Assembly (NCBI RefSeq): GCF_021869535.1
Contig: NW_026262593.1
Location: forward strand, 13,392,001 to 13,456,000
DNA: 64,000 bases
From: Mytilus californianus
Lineage: Eukaryota
Direction: 5' to 3'
The notes beneath the pieces were generated by a model. It had not been told where the DNA came from, did no database searches, and saw only the letters and a program-made list of their open reading frames with translations. Made by a program: the position numbers and the translations under genes. Positions 38,351-51,694 of the stretch are shown one piece after another (positions within the stretch are counted from its first letter, which is position 1; each line of letters starts with the position of its first letter).

Positions 38351-38491
38351 TAAATAACACATAGCTGAGAGGGTGATCGAGCAGAGTATTACCCCTCGAA
38401 AAAACATTGTCAACCGCCACTTTGCCGCGGTTGACAATGTTTTCTCGGGGTAATAATCTGCTCTATCACCCTCTCAGCTATGTGTTATTTA
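38351..38491. repeat. 141-bp near-perfect palindrome (fold-back element)
   Basis: Arms TAAATAACACATAGCTGAGAGGGTGAT...ATTGTCAACCGC and their reverse complement around a ~9-nt loop. Confidence 0.9.
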
Positions 38492-39214
38492 TATATGTTC
38501 TCTTAGTGTCAACCATAACAAAGCCCCGTATTAAGAAATCCTAAAGTGACGGTGTTTCGTCCTAGTCCTTTGGTTTATAACATGGTTTTTGTTCTTTCCG
38601 CTTGATCTAATTGGGTTTACTTTTTTCTAGCAATTTTAATGAAAACGTTGAAAGAGTTAGCATGCTTATTTAAAAATTACTCTAAATACCAGCACGCGTC
38701 ATGCAAATATGAACTATAGACGGTTTTAACCACTGTCTGCTTTCTCCTTAGTGCTATAGAAAAATCCAATAATCACGTCGCAGAAGAATGCATTATTACA
38801 TGTTCGATTATTCCATAAATGGTCATATTTATGATGTAGTGTTGGCGGGAAAATCTACCGATAGAGCAATAAATAGTTTCCATGACAACCGTCAAAATTA
38901 TCAGACATCCATTATTAAATAAAATGACGAATTACTACGTTATTTACTATTATAAATTTCATGTTGTAGTTGTCAGATTGTTACAGATAAGAACCAGCTG
39001 TTGAAACAAAACAATGACAACCTCGTGAACTGAGCGGAATACAGGCTACCCCAGGGGGACGTCTTCGGGGACAGATATATATTTCTCTTGCTATAGACGT
39101 ATTGATTTTATACTGAAAATAATTCCACTATAATTACTGGTATGTATATGTCGTCTGGACTTAATTGTATAGTATACTAGCCATCATTACAGGGCATTCA
39201 AGGTGATCGGCTTT

Positions 39215-39461
39215 GAGATAGTCTGATCCAGATTCATACTTATTGCTGGGGTCATCTACAGCATAACTTATATTGAGTTGGGTCTGTATGAAGAACTGAG
39301 ATAGTCTGATCCAGATTCATACTTATTGGTGGGGTCATCTACAGCAGAATTTATATTGAGTTGGGTCTGTATGAAGAACTGAGATAGTCTAATCCAGATT
39401 CATACTTATTGGTGGGGTCATCTACAGCATAACTTATATTGAGTTGAGTCTGCATGAAGAA
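39215..39461. repeat. 83-bp tandem repeat, 3 units
   Basis: GAGATAGTCT starts at 39215, 39298, 39381. Confidence 0.92.
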
Positions 39462-39679
39462 CATACATAAAGTAAAGTTTTCTCGACTGCTTGATGTACC
39501 CTGAAATCACAGTTTTTGTTTAATGCCTATTGAAAGAATCACCATTGAAAGTATTAAAAAACAATCTCATCATCGAACGGATTGAAAACCATCTCATCAT
39601 GGATTAGATAAAAGGGAAATATGAATAACAGGAGCCGTTGGATATAAAGTGAAGAGAAAGCAACCGAACGACAAGATAC

Positions 39680-40415
39680 AAATAAGAGATCAAAGACATA
39701 TATCTATACAATATGTCAAACAAAAGTAACCCAAAGACAAGAAAAAGACATCTAGAGGTCAACATAATATCTATACAAACTTCCCAACCAAACAGCAACC
39801 CAAACACAAGAAAAAAACCAAGATGTCCAGAGGCCAACATAATAGACGGGCATCTATACACACTTCCCAACCAAACAGCAACCCAAACACAAGAGAAAGT
39901 AAGATAGCCAAATGTTAACATAATAGACGGGCATCTATATACACTTCCCAACCAAACAGCAACCCAAACATAAGAATAAAACCAAGATGTCCAGAGGCCA
40001 ACATAATAGACAGGTATCTATATAACTTCCCAACCAAGAAAATAAGATAGCCAAAGATCAATATAATAGACAGGTATGTATACAATATGTCAAACAAACA
40101 GCAACCCAAAGACAAGAGAAAGTAAGATAGCTGGAGGTCATCATAATAGATAAAAATCTATACAACATGTCAAACAAACGGCAACCCAAAGACAAGAGAA
40201 AGTAAGATAGCCGGAGGTCATCATAATAGATAGGAATCTGTACAACATGTCAAACAAACGGCAACCAAAAGACAAGAGAAAACAAGATAACCAGCGGTCA
40301 ACATAATAGACAGGAATCTATACAACATGTCAAACAAACGGCAACCAAAAGACAAGAGAAAGTAAGATAGCCAGCGGTCAACATAATAGACAGGAATCTG
40401 TTCAACATGTCAAAC
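39680..40415. repeat. degenerate ~76-80-bp tandem array
   Basis: AAGATAGCCAG(A/C)GGTCAACATAATAGAC... recurs, period 80 at 40141/40221. Confidence 0.85.
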
Positions 40416-40864
40416 TATCATCAGCCCTTACATTTACTGTTCAAAAGATTATTAAATCAACTCTATTTTGCCGCCAAAACAGCCCGTAGCTGACCTAATT
40501 CACCAATAATCAGATTTGTTTATGTTCATCCGGTCTACTCGTGTACAAGGATTACTTGATATAACTGACGTAAAACGACTCTATCATTAAGGATGTGGTC
40601 GGGAAGATCAGGAAACACTAATTTACAACATCTATTATCATGCGCAACTATTTGTTTGTCAACAATACAAATTACAAGAACCACCTTCCTCTCATTATAA
40701 AATGTAACCGATTTTATTGTGGCAGGACCAATGACAAAACATGTCCGCTTTTAACTAAATCTTTTGTGTGTAAAATGTCATTATGAAGCTGTGTTCCCTG
40801 ATACTCCTATAACAATTACATTTCAATGTTTCTAGTTGCAGTGTTGTCTGTCCAGATTAAAAAA

Positions 40865-41160
40865 AACAAGAATGTGTCCAAAGTACACGGATGCCCCACT
40901 CGCACTATCATTTTCTATGTTCAGTGGACCGTGAAATTGGGGTCAAAACTCTAATTTGGCATTAAAATTAGAAAGACCATATCATAGGGAACATGTGTAC
41001 TAAGTTTCAAGTTGATTGGAATTCAACTTCATCAAAAACTACTAGTACCTTGACCAAAAACTTTAACCTGAAGCGGGACAGACGGACGGACGGACGGACG
41101 AACGAACGAACGAAAGTAAGGACGCACAGACCAGAAAACATATCGTAGGTGGGCATAAAA
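40865..41160 (+). mobile_element. short HINE/Pearl-like element with a single core
   Basis: ACAAGAATGTGTCC start, ATGCCCCAC (40891) vs GTGGGCAT near the 3' end, (GACG)n(AACG)n microsatellite, A-run end. Confidence 0.75.
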
Positions 41161-41368
41161 AACAAATTAAAATAACAGGGCACCATAAAACACGCAATTT
41201 CTCTGCACATATACGTATATAGAAGTATTATTTTTCTGCAAATGTTTCTAATCATATATTGTTTACGTGTTTAATGCCTACCTTGGGCCCTAATTTGGTT
41301 AAATCTTTTTTATCAAATTGTTATACACAATCGTGTTTTTTTAACATTTTTTACTACTAGTAAGTAAC

Positions 41369-42894
41369 ACAAGAGTGCACACGCTGAAATGTCTCGCCTT
41401 CTTTACTAATCATTGATATTATGTTGATAGTCCTAAATATAAAGCTTTCTTACAACTGTCACATAAACTTAACATTAACCAAGAAAACTAAACATTGACC
41501 AATGAACCATGGAAATGAGGTCAATGTCAGATGAACCATGCCAGGCAGGCATGTACAGCTAACAATTCTTCCATACAACAAATATAGTTGACCTATTGCT
41601 TATAGTTTAAGAAAAACAGACCAAAACACAAAAACTTTACACTGAGCAATGAACTGTGAAAATGAGGTCAAGGTCAAATAAAAACTGCGCGACTGACATA
41701 AAGACCATAAAATATTTCCATACACCAAATATAGTTGACCTATTGCATATAGTATTAGAAAAAAAGACCAAAACTCAAAATCTTAACTTTGACCACTGAA
41801 CCATGAAAATGAGGTCAAGGTCAAATGACACCTGCCAGCTAGACATGTACACCTTACAATCATTCCATACACCAAATATAGTTGACCTATTGCTTAAAGT
41901 GTAAGAAAAACAGACCAAAACACAAAAACGTAACATAAGCAATGAACCATGAAAATGAGGTCAAGGTCAAATAAAATCTGCCAGACTGACATGTACATCA
42001 TTAAATATTTCCATACACCAAATATAGTTGACCTACTGCATACAGTATTAGGAAAACAGACCAAAACACAAAAACTTAACATTTAACAATGAACCTTGAA
42101 AATGAGGTCAAGGTCAAATAAAACATGCCACACTGACATGTACATCGTAAAATATTTCCATACACTAAATATAGTTGACCTACTGCATACAGTATTAGAA
42201 AAACAAACCAAAACACAAAAACTTAACATTGAGCAATGAACCGTGAAAATGAGGTCAAGGTCAAATAAAACTTGCCAGACTGACATGAACATCGTACAAT
42301 ATTTCCATACACCAAATACAGTTGACCTATTGCATACAGTATTAGAAAAACAGACCAAAACACAAAAACTAAACTATGACCACTGAACCATGAAAATGAG
42401 GTCAAGGTCAGATGACACCTGCCAGTTAGACATGTACCCCTTACTATCATTACATACACCAAATATAGTAGACCTATTGCTTATAGTATCTCAGATATGG
42501 ACTTGACCACGAAAACTTAACCTTGTTCACTGATCCATGAAATGAGGTCGAGGTCAAGTGAAAACTATCTGACGGGCATGAGGACCTTGCAAGGTACGCA
42601 CATACCAAATATAGTTATCCTATTACTTATAATAAGAGAGAATTTAACATTCCAAAAAATCTGAACTTTTTTTTCAAGTAGTCGCTGAACCATGAAAATG
42701 AGGTCAAGGACATTGGACATGTGACTGACGGAAACTTCGTAACATGAGGCATCTATATACAAAGTATGAAGCATCCAGGTCTTCCATCTTCTAAAATATA
42801 AAGCTTTTAAGAAGTTAGCTAACGCCGCCGCCGCCGCCGGATCACTATCCCTATGTCGAGCTTTCTGCGACAAAAGTCGCAGGCTCGACAAAAA
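41369..42894 (+). mobile_element. HINE/Helentron-like element, 9 core units of ~147 bp
   Basis: ACAAGAGTGCACACGCTGAAATGTCTCGCC start, (GCC)n, 3' hairpin TGTCGAGC..CTGCGAC-AAAA-GTCGCAG-GCTCGACA. Confidence 0.88.
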
Positions 42895-43059
42895 CGACGT
42901 TTGGGTTTCAATTAAGTGATCTAAATAATGCTACATCTTTTAATCGACTTTGACCTAGAAGACAATGCAACATGGCTACACTACAACTTGAAATGTATAC
43001 TGTGTTTCTTTATGACTGTTATGGCATTTGATCTTCAACAACAAAGATCCGACAAATGT

Positions 43060-43400
43060 ATTTCGGTATAACATGCAACTTATTGATGTTACTGCAGCTG
43101 ATAATGTTGTAATCATAAATCTTATTGCTGTTACTGCTGCTGATAATGTAACTATAAATCTTATTGATGTTACTGTTGCTGATATTGTTGTAACCAATCG
43201 TATTGATATTGCTGCTGCTGATATTTTTGTTACCATAAATCTTATTGATGTTGCTGCTGCTGATATTTTTGTTACCATAAATCTTATTGATGTTGCTGCT
43301 GCTGATATTTATGTAACCATAAATCTAATTGCTGTTGCTGCTGCTGATATTGTTGTAACCATAAATCTTATTGGTTGTTATACTACTGATATTATTGTAA
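43060..43400. repeat. 42-bp minisatellite built from NNT triplets, ~8 units
   Basis: CTTATTGATGTTGCTGCTGCTGATATTTTTGTTACCATAAAT. One stop-free frame on each strand. Confidence 0.85.
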
Positions 43401-44255
43401 ACGTACTGACTACAATTGCACTTGAATTGTTTGTTTAACTATTTTAGTTACAAATTATCTGGTAACCGATATTTTTTTTTAATTCTGGCAAAAATCCAGG
43501 TCCATATTAGTACACTTTAACAGTTTAAATTTTTAAACCATTGTCTAATTGAAAAAAAAAATAATTTAGGATTGTTGATTTAGCTATCGACATTCTTGAC
43601 CTTACTCTAACCCAGTTGGATCGGAGCCAAATAACGCGCAGTTTTGATCAAGATCAATCAATATCAAAACCATTAGTATTTATTAAAAACAAACAAGGCA
43701 TACGTTACCCTGAACAAAAGATTTTGATAATCTGGATGTCTTTTTGTTTTCAGTAATGTTGTTTACATTTTCAATTCAAGTCTGTAATCAACATCTGGAT
43801 TTTTTTTAAATATCAGAAGCGACCTTTACTGTTACGAGGTATATTTCGTTTGACGTCAGAACAACCGTAACTCGGAAACCGTTACAGCTTTTGTTTGTCT
43901 TTAACGAAAGTATGTTTAAAGTTTTCATTTAAATATACAAAGACCCCGAATTGTGTGCCAACTGACTTATTTACACGAACCTAATGACAATTAAACCAGA
44001 GAACGGTAATGGATCAACTATCTGATTAATTCATTCACTTTTTACCGAAATGAGATTGAACACGAGTTTATAGCTTGACAGAAACTAAGTCGAACTGAGT
44101 ACTCGTCTTAGTTTTAACAATTGATTTGTCTCTAACGAAGATACCAAATTACATAAAACAGGTGTTAAACTCAACAGTGATCGAAAGGTTCTTCGAGAAT
44201 ATGAATGTATAGTCGTGTTCAACAAGAGCGAATCCAAGTGCCTGGGTCCCATTAT

Positions 44256-44389
44256 CAGAGGCGAATTTAGGGGGCAGGGTGCCCGCCCCACCCCCCCCCC
44301 CTTTTGTGGGAAAAAATTGGTTATTTAGTGACCACTGAAACATGACTGGAGGGGGCCCCCTTTTATGAAAATTTCTGGATACGCCACTG
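44256..44389. mobile_element. short non-autonomous DNA transposon (CAGTGGCGGATCC-type TIRs)
   Basis: CAGAGGCGAATTTAG...CTGGATACGCCACTG. Interior is the reverse complement of 61458-61646. Confidence 0.75.
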
Positions 44390-45415
44390 ATTATAACTGA
44401 AAACTTATTAGCACTTTTTCCTTACTACCTATTAGCTGCCGTCCCCTTATTTTTCGGTCGGCCTTACTACCTCCTTTCTGAATCCTGGATGTTTTCAGCT
44501 TCTATCTTAAAATGTACTCGAAATTTCGCTTACTTAAGTTGGCAATTAGAGGAAGTGTGCAATGCCCAGTCTGTCGGTTTTCTTTGGAAAATAGAAATTG
44601 GGTCCTAGTACCATGAAAATTGCACCATTATGTACCAGATCAAAGTTATAAGGCGTTCGTTTGCAGGAAGAATTCTGTGTTATTGATGTACAAGGTGCTT
44701 AGTTAGACAGCAATATCCGGTGAACGTTGATCCAGTTAAGGTAATACTATAATTATATTTACAATATAAATACAGAGTTCTTGGAATTTAGAAAACTGAA
44801 ACCAGTTTGTAAACATTTCAACGGAAATAAATATATCTCTATATTTCGAACAGGAAATGCAACAAAAACATAAACACAACCTATTTTTAATTTTCAATTA
44901 CTTCCCGCCAATTGACCCGAATAAAGTTTCCCGAAAATTCTTTAAATCCTCATTCAGTGAATGACGGAAATCTTACAAGGAAGAAATGTGAATGGCGGGG
45001 AAGTCCCGTGTTAAAACAAGTTTTCAAAAGATTAATAGGCTATACATAGACCAAAACAAAGGTCACCTTACCACGTAGACAACTATTTGTATACTATCAT
45101 TTAATAATAACAGACGAAGTTACAGTTTATGATCTGTAAAAATAACACAAATATACCTTTATCATATCTTATGTTTTTGAAAACAACGAGACATTTAAAG
45201 ACTTTCTTTATATAGTGAAGAAGTATATACCCTATGTGTACCTTATTCAATTATGGTAACTATAATTAATTACGAGAACAACCATTCATTAATTTGTGTG
45301 GAATCTGAAGTTCATTAACGGCATATATATACTGTCAACAAAATTATTTTACATTTAATATTTTATATATAATACAATTTTGTAATGGCAAAGTACTAAA
45401 TAAACTCATCATAGA

Positions 45416-45573
45416 CACCAGGACTATAAGATTATACTAAGCCTGGCAGCCCATCTCATTCGGTCACATACCAGGACTATAAGACTATACCATACTGGCA
45501 GCCCATCTCATTCGGTCACATACCAGGACTATAAGACTATACAAAGCCTGGCAGCCCATCTCATTCGGTCACA
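45416..45573. repeat. ~53-bp tandem repeat, 3 units
   Basis: CCAGGACTAT at 45418, 45471, 45523. Confidence 0.9.
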
Positions 45574-46546
45574 AATGTTTTACAATTTAAACCCAGATTT
45601 TTGTATACGTTTATTTTCTCCGAACGGGAAAGCAATGTGCCAAGTTTGGTGTCGATCGGTTAAAAGTTTATAACAACTCCAATCTCCAGTCAAAACGGGG
45701 TTAAATAAATGAGTCTGATTTTCTGTTTTGTTTTCTACACTTTGTTTTCTGTTTCATTTAAACTTGATGTGAGTTGAAACATCTATCTGAATGGAAATAA
45801 ATGTTACATCGGTCTGAGACATAAAACCAGAAACGAGAAAGGGTATCGTATTTACTGGTAGTGCAACCTGCTGAAAACAGCAAACAGGAAGTAGATCAAA
45901 TCCAATTTAACTTAATCTTGCAGGTTTCTAATCTTCGTAGTTTGTTGCTCTTTTTGCAATGAAACCGTATCGTGTGCACATTACTACAATGTACATGAAA
46001 TGTGCAAATATTTTTTTTTTTGTTATGTAGAATTTACTTTTAACAAAATAAATCTACAGATTTGCATGTATAAGCTATAACGGAACGGCCAATGTGCTCA
46101 TTCATCAGTACACCTTTAATATCATATATACTCAACCCAAAAGTATATCAAATTATAAAAAAATCATTAAAACAGGAACGTTTTTGGCTATGAATTTTTA
46201 TGTCGTTTGGTTGCTGTCTCGTTAATGTTTATCACACTGTGTATGCGCATCTTACTTTCTATCATTAAAACACATTCTATATATGTCTCGATTTTTTTAT
46301 TTAGTCAAAAGCTCATTATATGTCCCGATGTTTTGTAATCAGTATAAAGTTCAGTTATATTGACTGCAAAATTTACACAATAGTTTTGTTGCGAGTTTAA
46401 TTTAAAATATGTCTACGTCATATGACAGGAACTATATGATTACATATGATGATGAACTGTTTCCTATCGGTTCGGTCACATTGTTGTTTACATATTAAAG
46501 ATATATATAAGGACTGTCGTATTGCGACCGACTTTAAAATTATTAC

Positions 46547-46690
46547 CATCAAAATCTGAAGTATAAAGGACACTTAAATAACTATATATGTCAGAAATTG
46601 TAGTAAAACTTGCATGCCCTGCTCTTTCGTTCAGGGAAATGAAAGGACATGCATGGTGTATTAAGTCAGAACACAAAATCCCTACACGCA
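46547..46690 (-). CDS. candidate exon (xRVGILCSDLIHHACPFISLNERAGHASFTTISDIYSYLSVLYTSDFDx), phase 1-1
   Basis: Long polypyrimidine acceptor tttgctttttgttttgttaag, donor ATG|gtaata, 47 open codons. Confidence 0.3.
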
Positions 46691-47444
46691 CTTAACAAAA
46701 CAAAAAGCAAATGAAATGAGCATTATATGTTTTGGTCATACAATTTGAAGTCGTTTTGAACACTCGGAGTCCATTCACACCTTCCCTTAACACATACAGA
46801 CATGTTTTTATTCCCATTTTACCGCCAAAACATAATCTCGATGCACCAGTCAACATGAACTTCATAAAAAAAGAAGTTCTCATGCTTCGAATATATATAG
46901 TTGAAACATTCAAACCTAATCGCAAATGTCGAAGATCAACTAAAATAAGATTTAACATGTTTAATTGCTGTGTTCAACTCTAATATAAGCATCTCTTTCT
47001 ATTGATAGATATTTAATGCGCTCTCAAATGTAAGTACACATGCTAAAAATACATCCAGCATTCTCGTAGCTAACAAAGAGGAATGTAAACGCAGCGCGTG
47101 GGAGGCATATGCATATGAAACTTTGATTTAATATGTCTGTTACAATACTGTTTCCATTCGTAAGTGGGTTGTCCTGGTTTGAAACAAGACATATATATAC
47201 AGATATTATAAATATAGAGAATATACATGTAGTATAGAAATGATATTAAAGGCCTTTTTGTCCCCTAAAAATAATTAGAAAAAATAAAATAATAAACGAT
47301 GATTGTTTGTTATTTGCTTCATCCTAATCATAAGCGAGGCAGTAACAGGCAAACCTTTCAATTATTTATAATCAGAATGGAACATTTAAATAACACAGGG
47401 CGAGGTTCCAAAGGGATCCTTGCTAAATAACTTGCTTAGTAGAA

Positions 47445-48710
47445 TCGTCCTTTCCGATATCTTGTTACTTTAGGAGGGTTTGTAGAATCGTCCTTTCCTA
47501 CATCTTGTTACTTAAGGAGGGTTTGTAGAATCGTCCTTTCCTACATCTAGTTACTTTAGGAGGGTTTATAGAATCGTCCTTTCCTACATCTTGTTACTTA
47601 TGGAGGGTTTTGTATAGAATCGCCCTTTCCGATATCGTGTTTCTTTAAAAGGAGGATTTTGTAGATTCGTCCTTTCCGATATCTTGTCACTTAAGAATGT
47701 TTGTAGAATCGTCCTTTCCTACATCTTGTTACATATGGAGGGTTTTGTATAGCATCGCCCTTTCCGATATCTTGTTACTTTAAAAGGAAGGTTTTGTAGA
47801 TTCGTCCTTTTTGATATCTTGTCACTTAATGATGTTTGGAGAATCGTCCTTTCCGATATCTTGTCACTTAAGGATGCTTTGTAGACTCGTCCTTTCCGAT
47901 ATCTCGTTACTTAAGGATGCTTTGTAGACTCGTCCTTTCCGATATCTTGTTACTTAAGGAGGGTTTGTAGAATCGTCCTTTTCTACATCTTGTTACTTAA
48001 GGAGGGTTTGCAGAATCGTCCTTTCCTACATCTTGTTACTTAAGGAGGGTTTGTAGAATCGTCCTTTCCTACATCTTGTTACTTAAGGAGGGTTTTGTAT
48101 AGAATCGCCCTTTCCGATATCTTGTTACTTTAAAAGGAGGGTTTTGTAGATTCGTCCTTTCCGATATCTTGTCACTTAAGAAAGTTTGTAGAATCGTCCT
48201 TTCCGATATCTTGTTACTTAAGAATGTTTGTAGAATCGTCCTTTCCGATATCTTGTCACTTAAGAATGTTTGTAGAATCGTCCTTTCCTACATCTTGTTA
48301 CTTAAGGAGGGTTTGTAGAATCGTCCTTTCCTACATCTTGTTACTTGAAAAGGAGGGTTTGTAGAATCGTCCTTTCCTACATCTTGTTTCTTATGGAGGG
48401 TTTTGTATAGAATCGCCCTTTCCGATATCTTGTTACTTTAAAAGGAGGGTTTTGTAGATTCGTCCTTTCTGATATCTTGTCACTTAAGAATGTTTGTTAA
48501 ATCGTCCTTTCCGATATCTTGTTACTTAAGAATGTTTTTAGAATCGTCCTTTTCGATGTCTTGTCACTAAAGAATGTTTGTAGAATCGTCCTTTCCTAAA
48601 TCTTGTTACTTATGGAGGGTTTTGTATCGAATCGTCCTTTCCGATATCTTGTTACTTGAAAAGGAGGGTTTTGTAGATTCGTCCTTTCTGATATCTTGTT
48701 TCTTAGGCAA
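47445..48710. repeat. ~43-bp minisatellite, ~29 units, with recurring multi-unit blocks
   Basis: TGTAGAATCGTCCTTTCC(TAC/GAT)ATCTTGTTACTTAAGGAGGGTT, period 43 (47945/47988). Confidence 0.93.
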
Positions 48711-48964
48711 ACATGCTATGCATATTCAGGACGAAAACAGATTGACAATAAATTCAATAGGATGGTTCTGCGAATGTGATCGACCAGGATGAAGGGCGGG
48801 AATTTCGACTACCAATGTAAAATCAGGATATAAATAGGACTACCAATGTAAAATCAGGATATAAATAGAACAAGTAGGAACACAACCACTTTTGGTCAGT
48901 ATAACTTGCATATTGTACAGAGAAATCTTCCTTAAAAAAAAACAGTATAACACTGAAATTGTTT

Positions 48965-49405
48965 CCATGTGTAAATATGCCCAAATCCTCGCCTTATTAT
49001 GCTTGCCATGTGTAAATATGTCCAAATCCTCGCCTTATTATGCTTGCCATGTGTAAATATGTCCAAATCCTCGTCTTATTATGCTTGCCATGTGTAAATA
49101 TGTCCAAATCCTCGCCTTATTATGCTTGCCATGTGTAAATATGTCCAAATACTCGCCTTATGCTTGCCATGTGTAAATATGTCCAAATCCTCGCCTTATA
49201 TGCTTGCCATGTATAAATATGCCCAAATCCTCGACTTATTATGCTTGCCATGTGTAAATATGCCCAAATCCTCGTCTTATTATGCTTGAAATGTGTAAAT
49301 ATGTCCAAATCCTCTCCTTATTATGCTTTCCATGTGTAAATATGCCCAAATCCTCGCATTATTATGCTTGCCATGTGTCAATATGTCAAAATCCTCGCCT
49401 TATTA
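48965..49405. repeat. 41-bp minisatellite, ~10.5 units
   Basis: CCATGTGTAAATATGTCCAAATCCTCGCCTTATTATGCTTG. Confidence 0.93.
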
Positions 49406-51694
49406 TGTTTGGCAAACAATTTGTGTTTAGTAGTGCGTTCCAACAGAATTCCGTAAATTGTCATTAAAGAGTCTGGAATTCTTCATTTTAATTTCTAACC
49501 TTGGTACAGTGGAAACTAGAGAATCGTATAGCTTTACCAAATCGTTCGTGAGATAATTATCAATATACTATCAAGAAATGATTATACAATGTAAATTGCC
49601 TATTAATTCAAATAGAAAAAAAAACAGATCGATTCACAGAATTAATAGTGTTGGAAAACTTACAAAAGTGTGGGAGTCTATCTTATGATAATATTGGCAA
49701 ATTGTATATATTTATCTAATATAATGAGATATTTGCCACTGGACGGTTAACAAGCAGTAATAATCGAATAAATAAAAGCAAGTCACACCAGAGAAGTCTT
49801 TTTTAAAAAATAATGCAAGCTGATATGAAAGAAGATCTTTCAAGTTATAATTCGAGCTCATATGAGTAGTCCCTTGTTCAAGATTTTCAAATTGACCTAT
49901 AGACAACACCCTAGCCATAACCTATATACATTTTCTATTGCAGCTTTATCGTCTTTATAACTATGTAATCCAATTCAAGTTAGTACATATTTAACGCCAG
50001 GACATGGGGCGGTGTAAAAACAGAAATATTATCAAATTATTACCATACTTCCTACATTGTCTGGGAAATTAATCGGTTAACGTTAAGACTGCGTGGTATC
50101 ATTAAAACCCCTCTAGACAATTTAATGACCTATAAGTTTGTATTGATATTTGGACGTGGAAATGTAAAATGTAAAAAAAATAGTATCTTGTCTGAAAACG
50201 TATTTCTACAATAAAGTTTGCCCCATTTACCTAATAAATAAAGAGATATAATAACCCAGTCAGCATTGTGGCTCTCGTGCACTTTCAGCCACTTTGTCCG
50301 GAACGACCACTATTTTACAAGGTGGGAAAAATGCGTGACGACCGGTTGAACTATCCTAACAGTGTCTTTTATAAATTCAGATAAAAGGGAATTTAATTCA
50401 TATAAGTACATACAGATTAACCTTATAACTACGAAGATTGACACACTGTGACCAAGCCTACCCGAGGATAGATTGCTTATAGAAATCAATGGACAGAACG
50501 TTACTCATCAGAACGCATTATCTGAATCATAACGTAACACAGGTCGTTACGATCAGAGGAAAGATCTCCGGGTGCGTTTGTATAATAAAATAAATTTCTC
50601 CATGTTATTAAATCATTATTCTTCGATTCTGTAATGATGTAAGACTGGAAGATTGTAACGATGCAAATTATTTTTTTTAATATACATACGATTCTGCCTG
50701 AAAAAAAATTATAGTATTGTTGGTTTTAATGCCTTAAATTTTTTTTTTAATATAGTTGGTTTTAATATACAATCGATGCTGCCTGAATATAATTATAGTA
50801 GTTAATTCAAGGACAATTGTTCTCATGAGAATACACACAGGACGACGACCGAAATATGATATTTTTTTTGCATTAAATCCGTTAATGAAATCGTGCAGCA
50901 ATTTCAAGCTTTTTCAATTATTTATAATCCCAATAGATTTTTTTTTTCAATAACAAAAAGGCGAGAAACATCCATTAATAATTATCTGAGGACTGAAAGA
51001 ATTATACAACTGTAAGACTGAATACAAAACGAGGTCTTAAGACATTCCTTCTACATATCAAAGCATCGGTGGTACTGTGATGCAGCCCCTCGGAACATCC
51101 ATAATTTCAGTTATTATATATAAAGTCATATCTTAACGAACGTTTTATTGAAAGAGAAAAGAAAAGATATTGTGTATCAATTTGACACAAAATAACTTCA
51201 CACAGACATGAAAAGTAAAATCAAAGGAACATATTCATCTGAAAGTCAGTGAGACCGTTAGCATGGGACAAACACTTTCACTTCACTACAAATCCAATAC
51301 AACACCTAGCACCGGTTTGAGTGGAAATCTTTACTAGATGCTAATCGCGCTACAACTGTGGATCGCTTAAAGATTTTTTTTTATTTTTCCATTCCAAGGG
51401 CTCACAAGAAGCCGTGACAGTACAATTTGCATCAGGCATCATTTTAAACAACAAACAATATGGTAAAAATTATACTTATATTAGAAAGTCTAAATAATAT
51501 ATAATAGAAAATGTTTCCAGCAAAATCATACATAAACATTACATGAAAATGGTATGCTATGCTATACATTGTTGTAAGACAATTTTCAATGAATATTGCA
51601 ATTTTTACATGTTTTGGTAAATCTGTGCATTAAATGATAGCATATACAAAAACGAAAATTACACAGTTTTAAGGCATGTTTTAATAAGCAGTTT

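Noticed and set aside
43851-43858. Perfect CRE palindrome TGACGTCA (also X-box-like motifs at 33401 and 38876)
   Set aside because: Single short motifs expected by chance in 64 kb, with no linked transcription start.
44534-44604. 71-nt minus-strand exon-like segment, and a plus-strand CPVCR motif in the same place
   Set aside because: Open in two minus frames with incompatible partners. It cannot be placed, and the RING-like motif lacks the other ligands.
885-49405. Short (28-55 bp) repeat arrays as possible CRISPR arrays
   Set aside because: All are head-to-tail with no unique spacers, there are no cas genes, and the context is eukaryotic.
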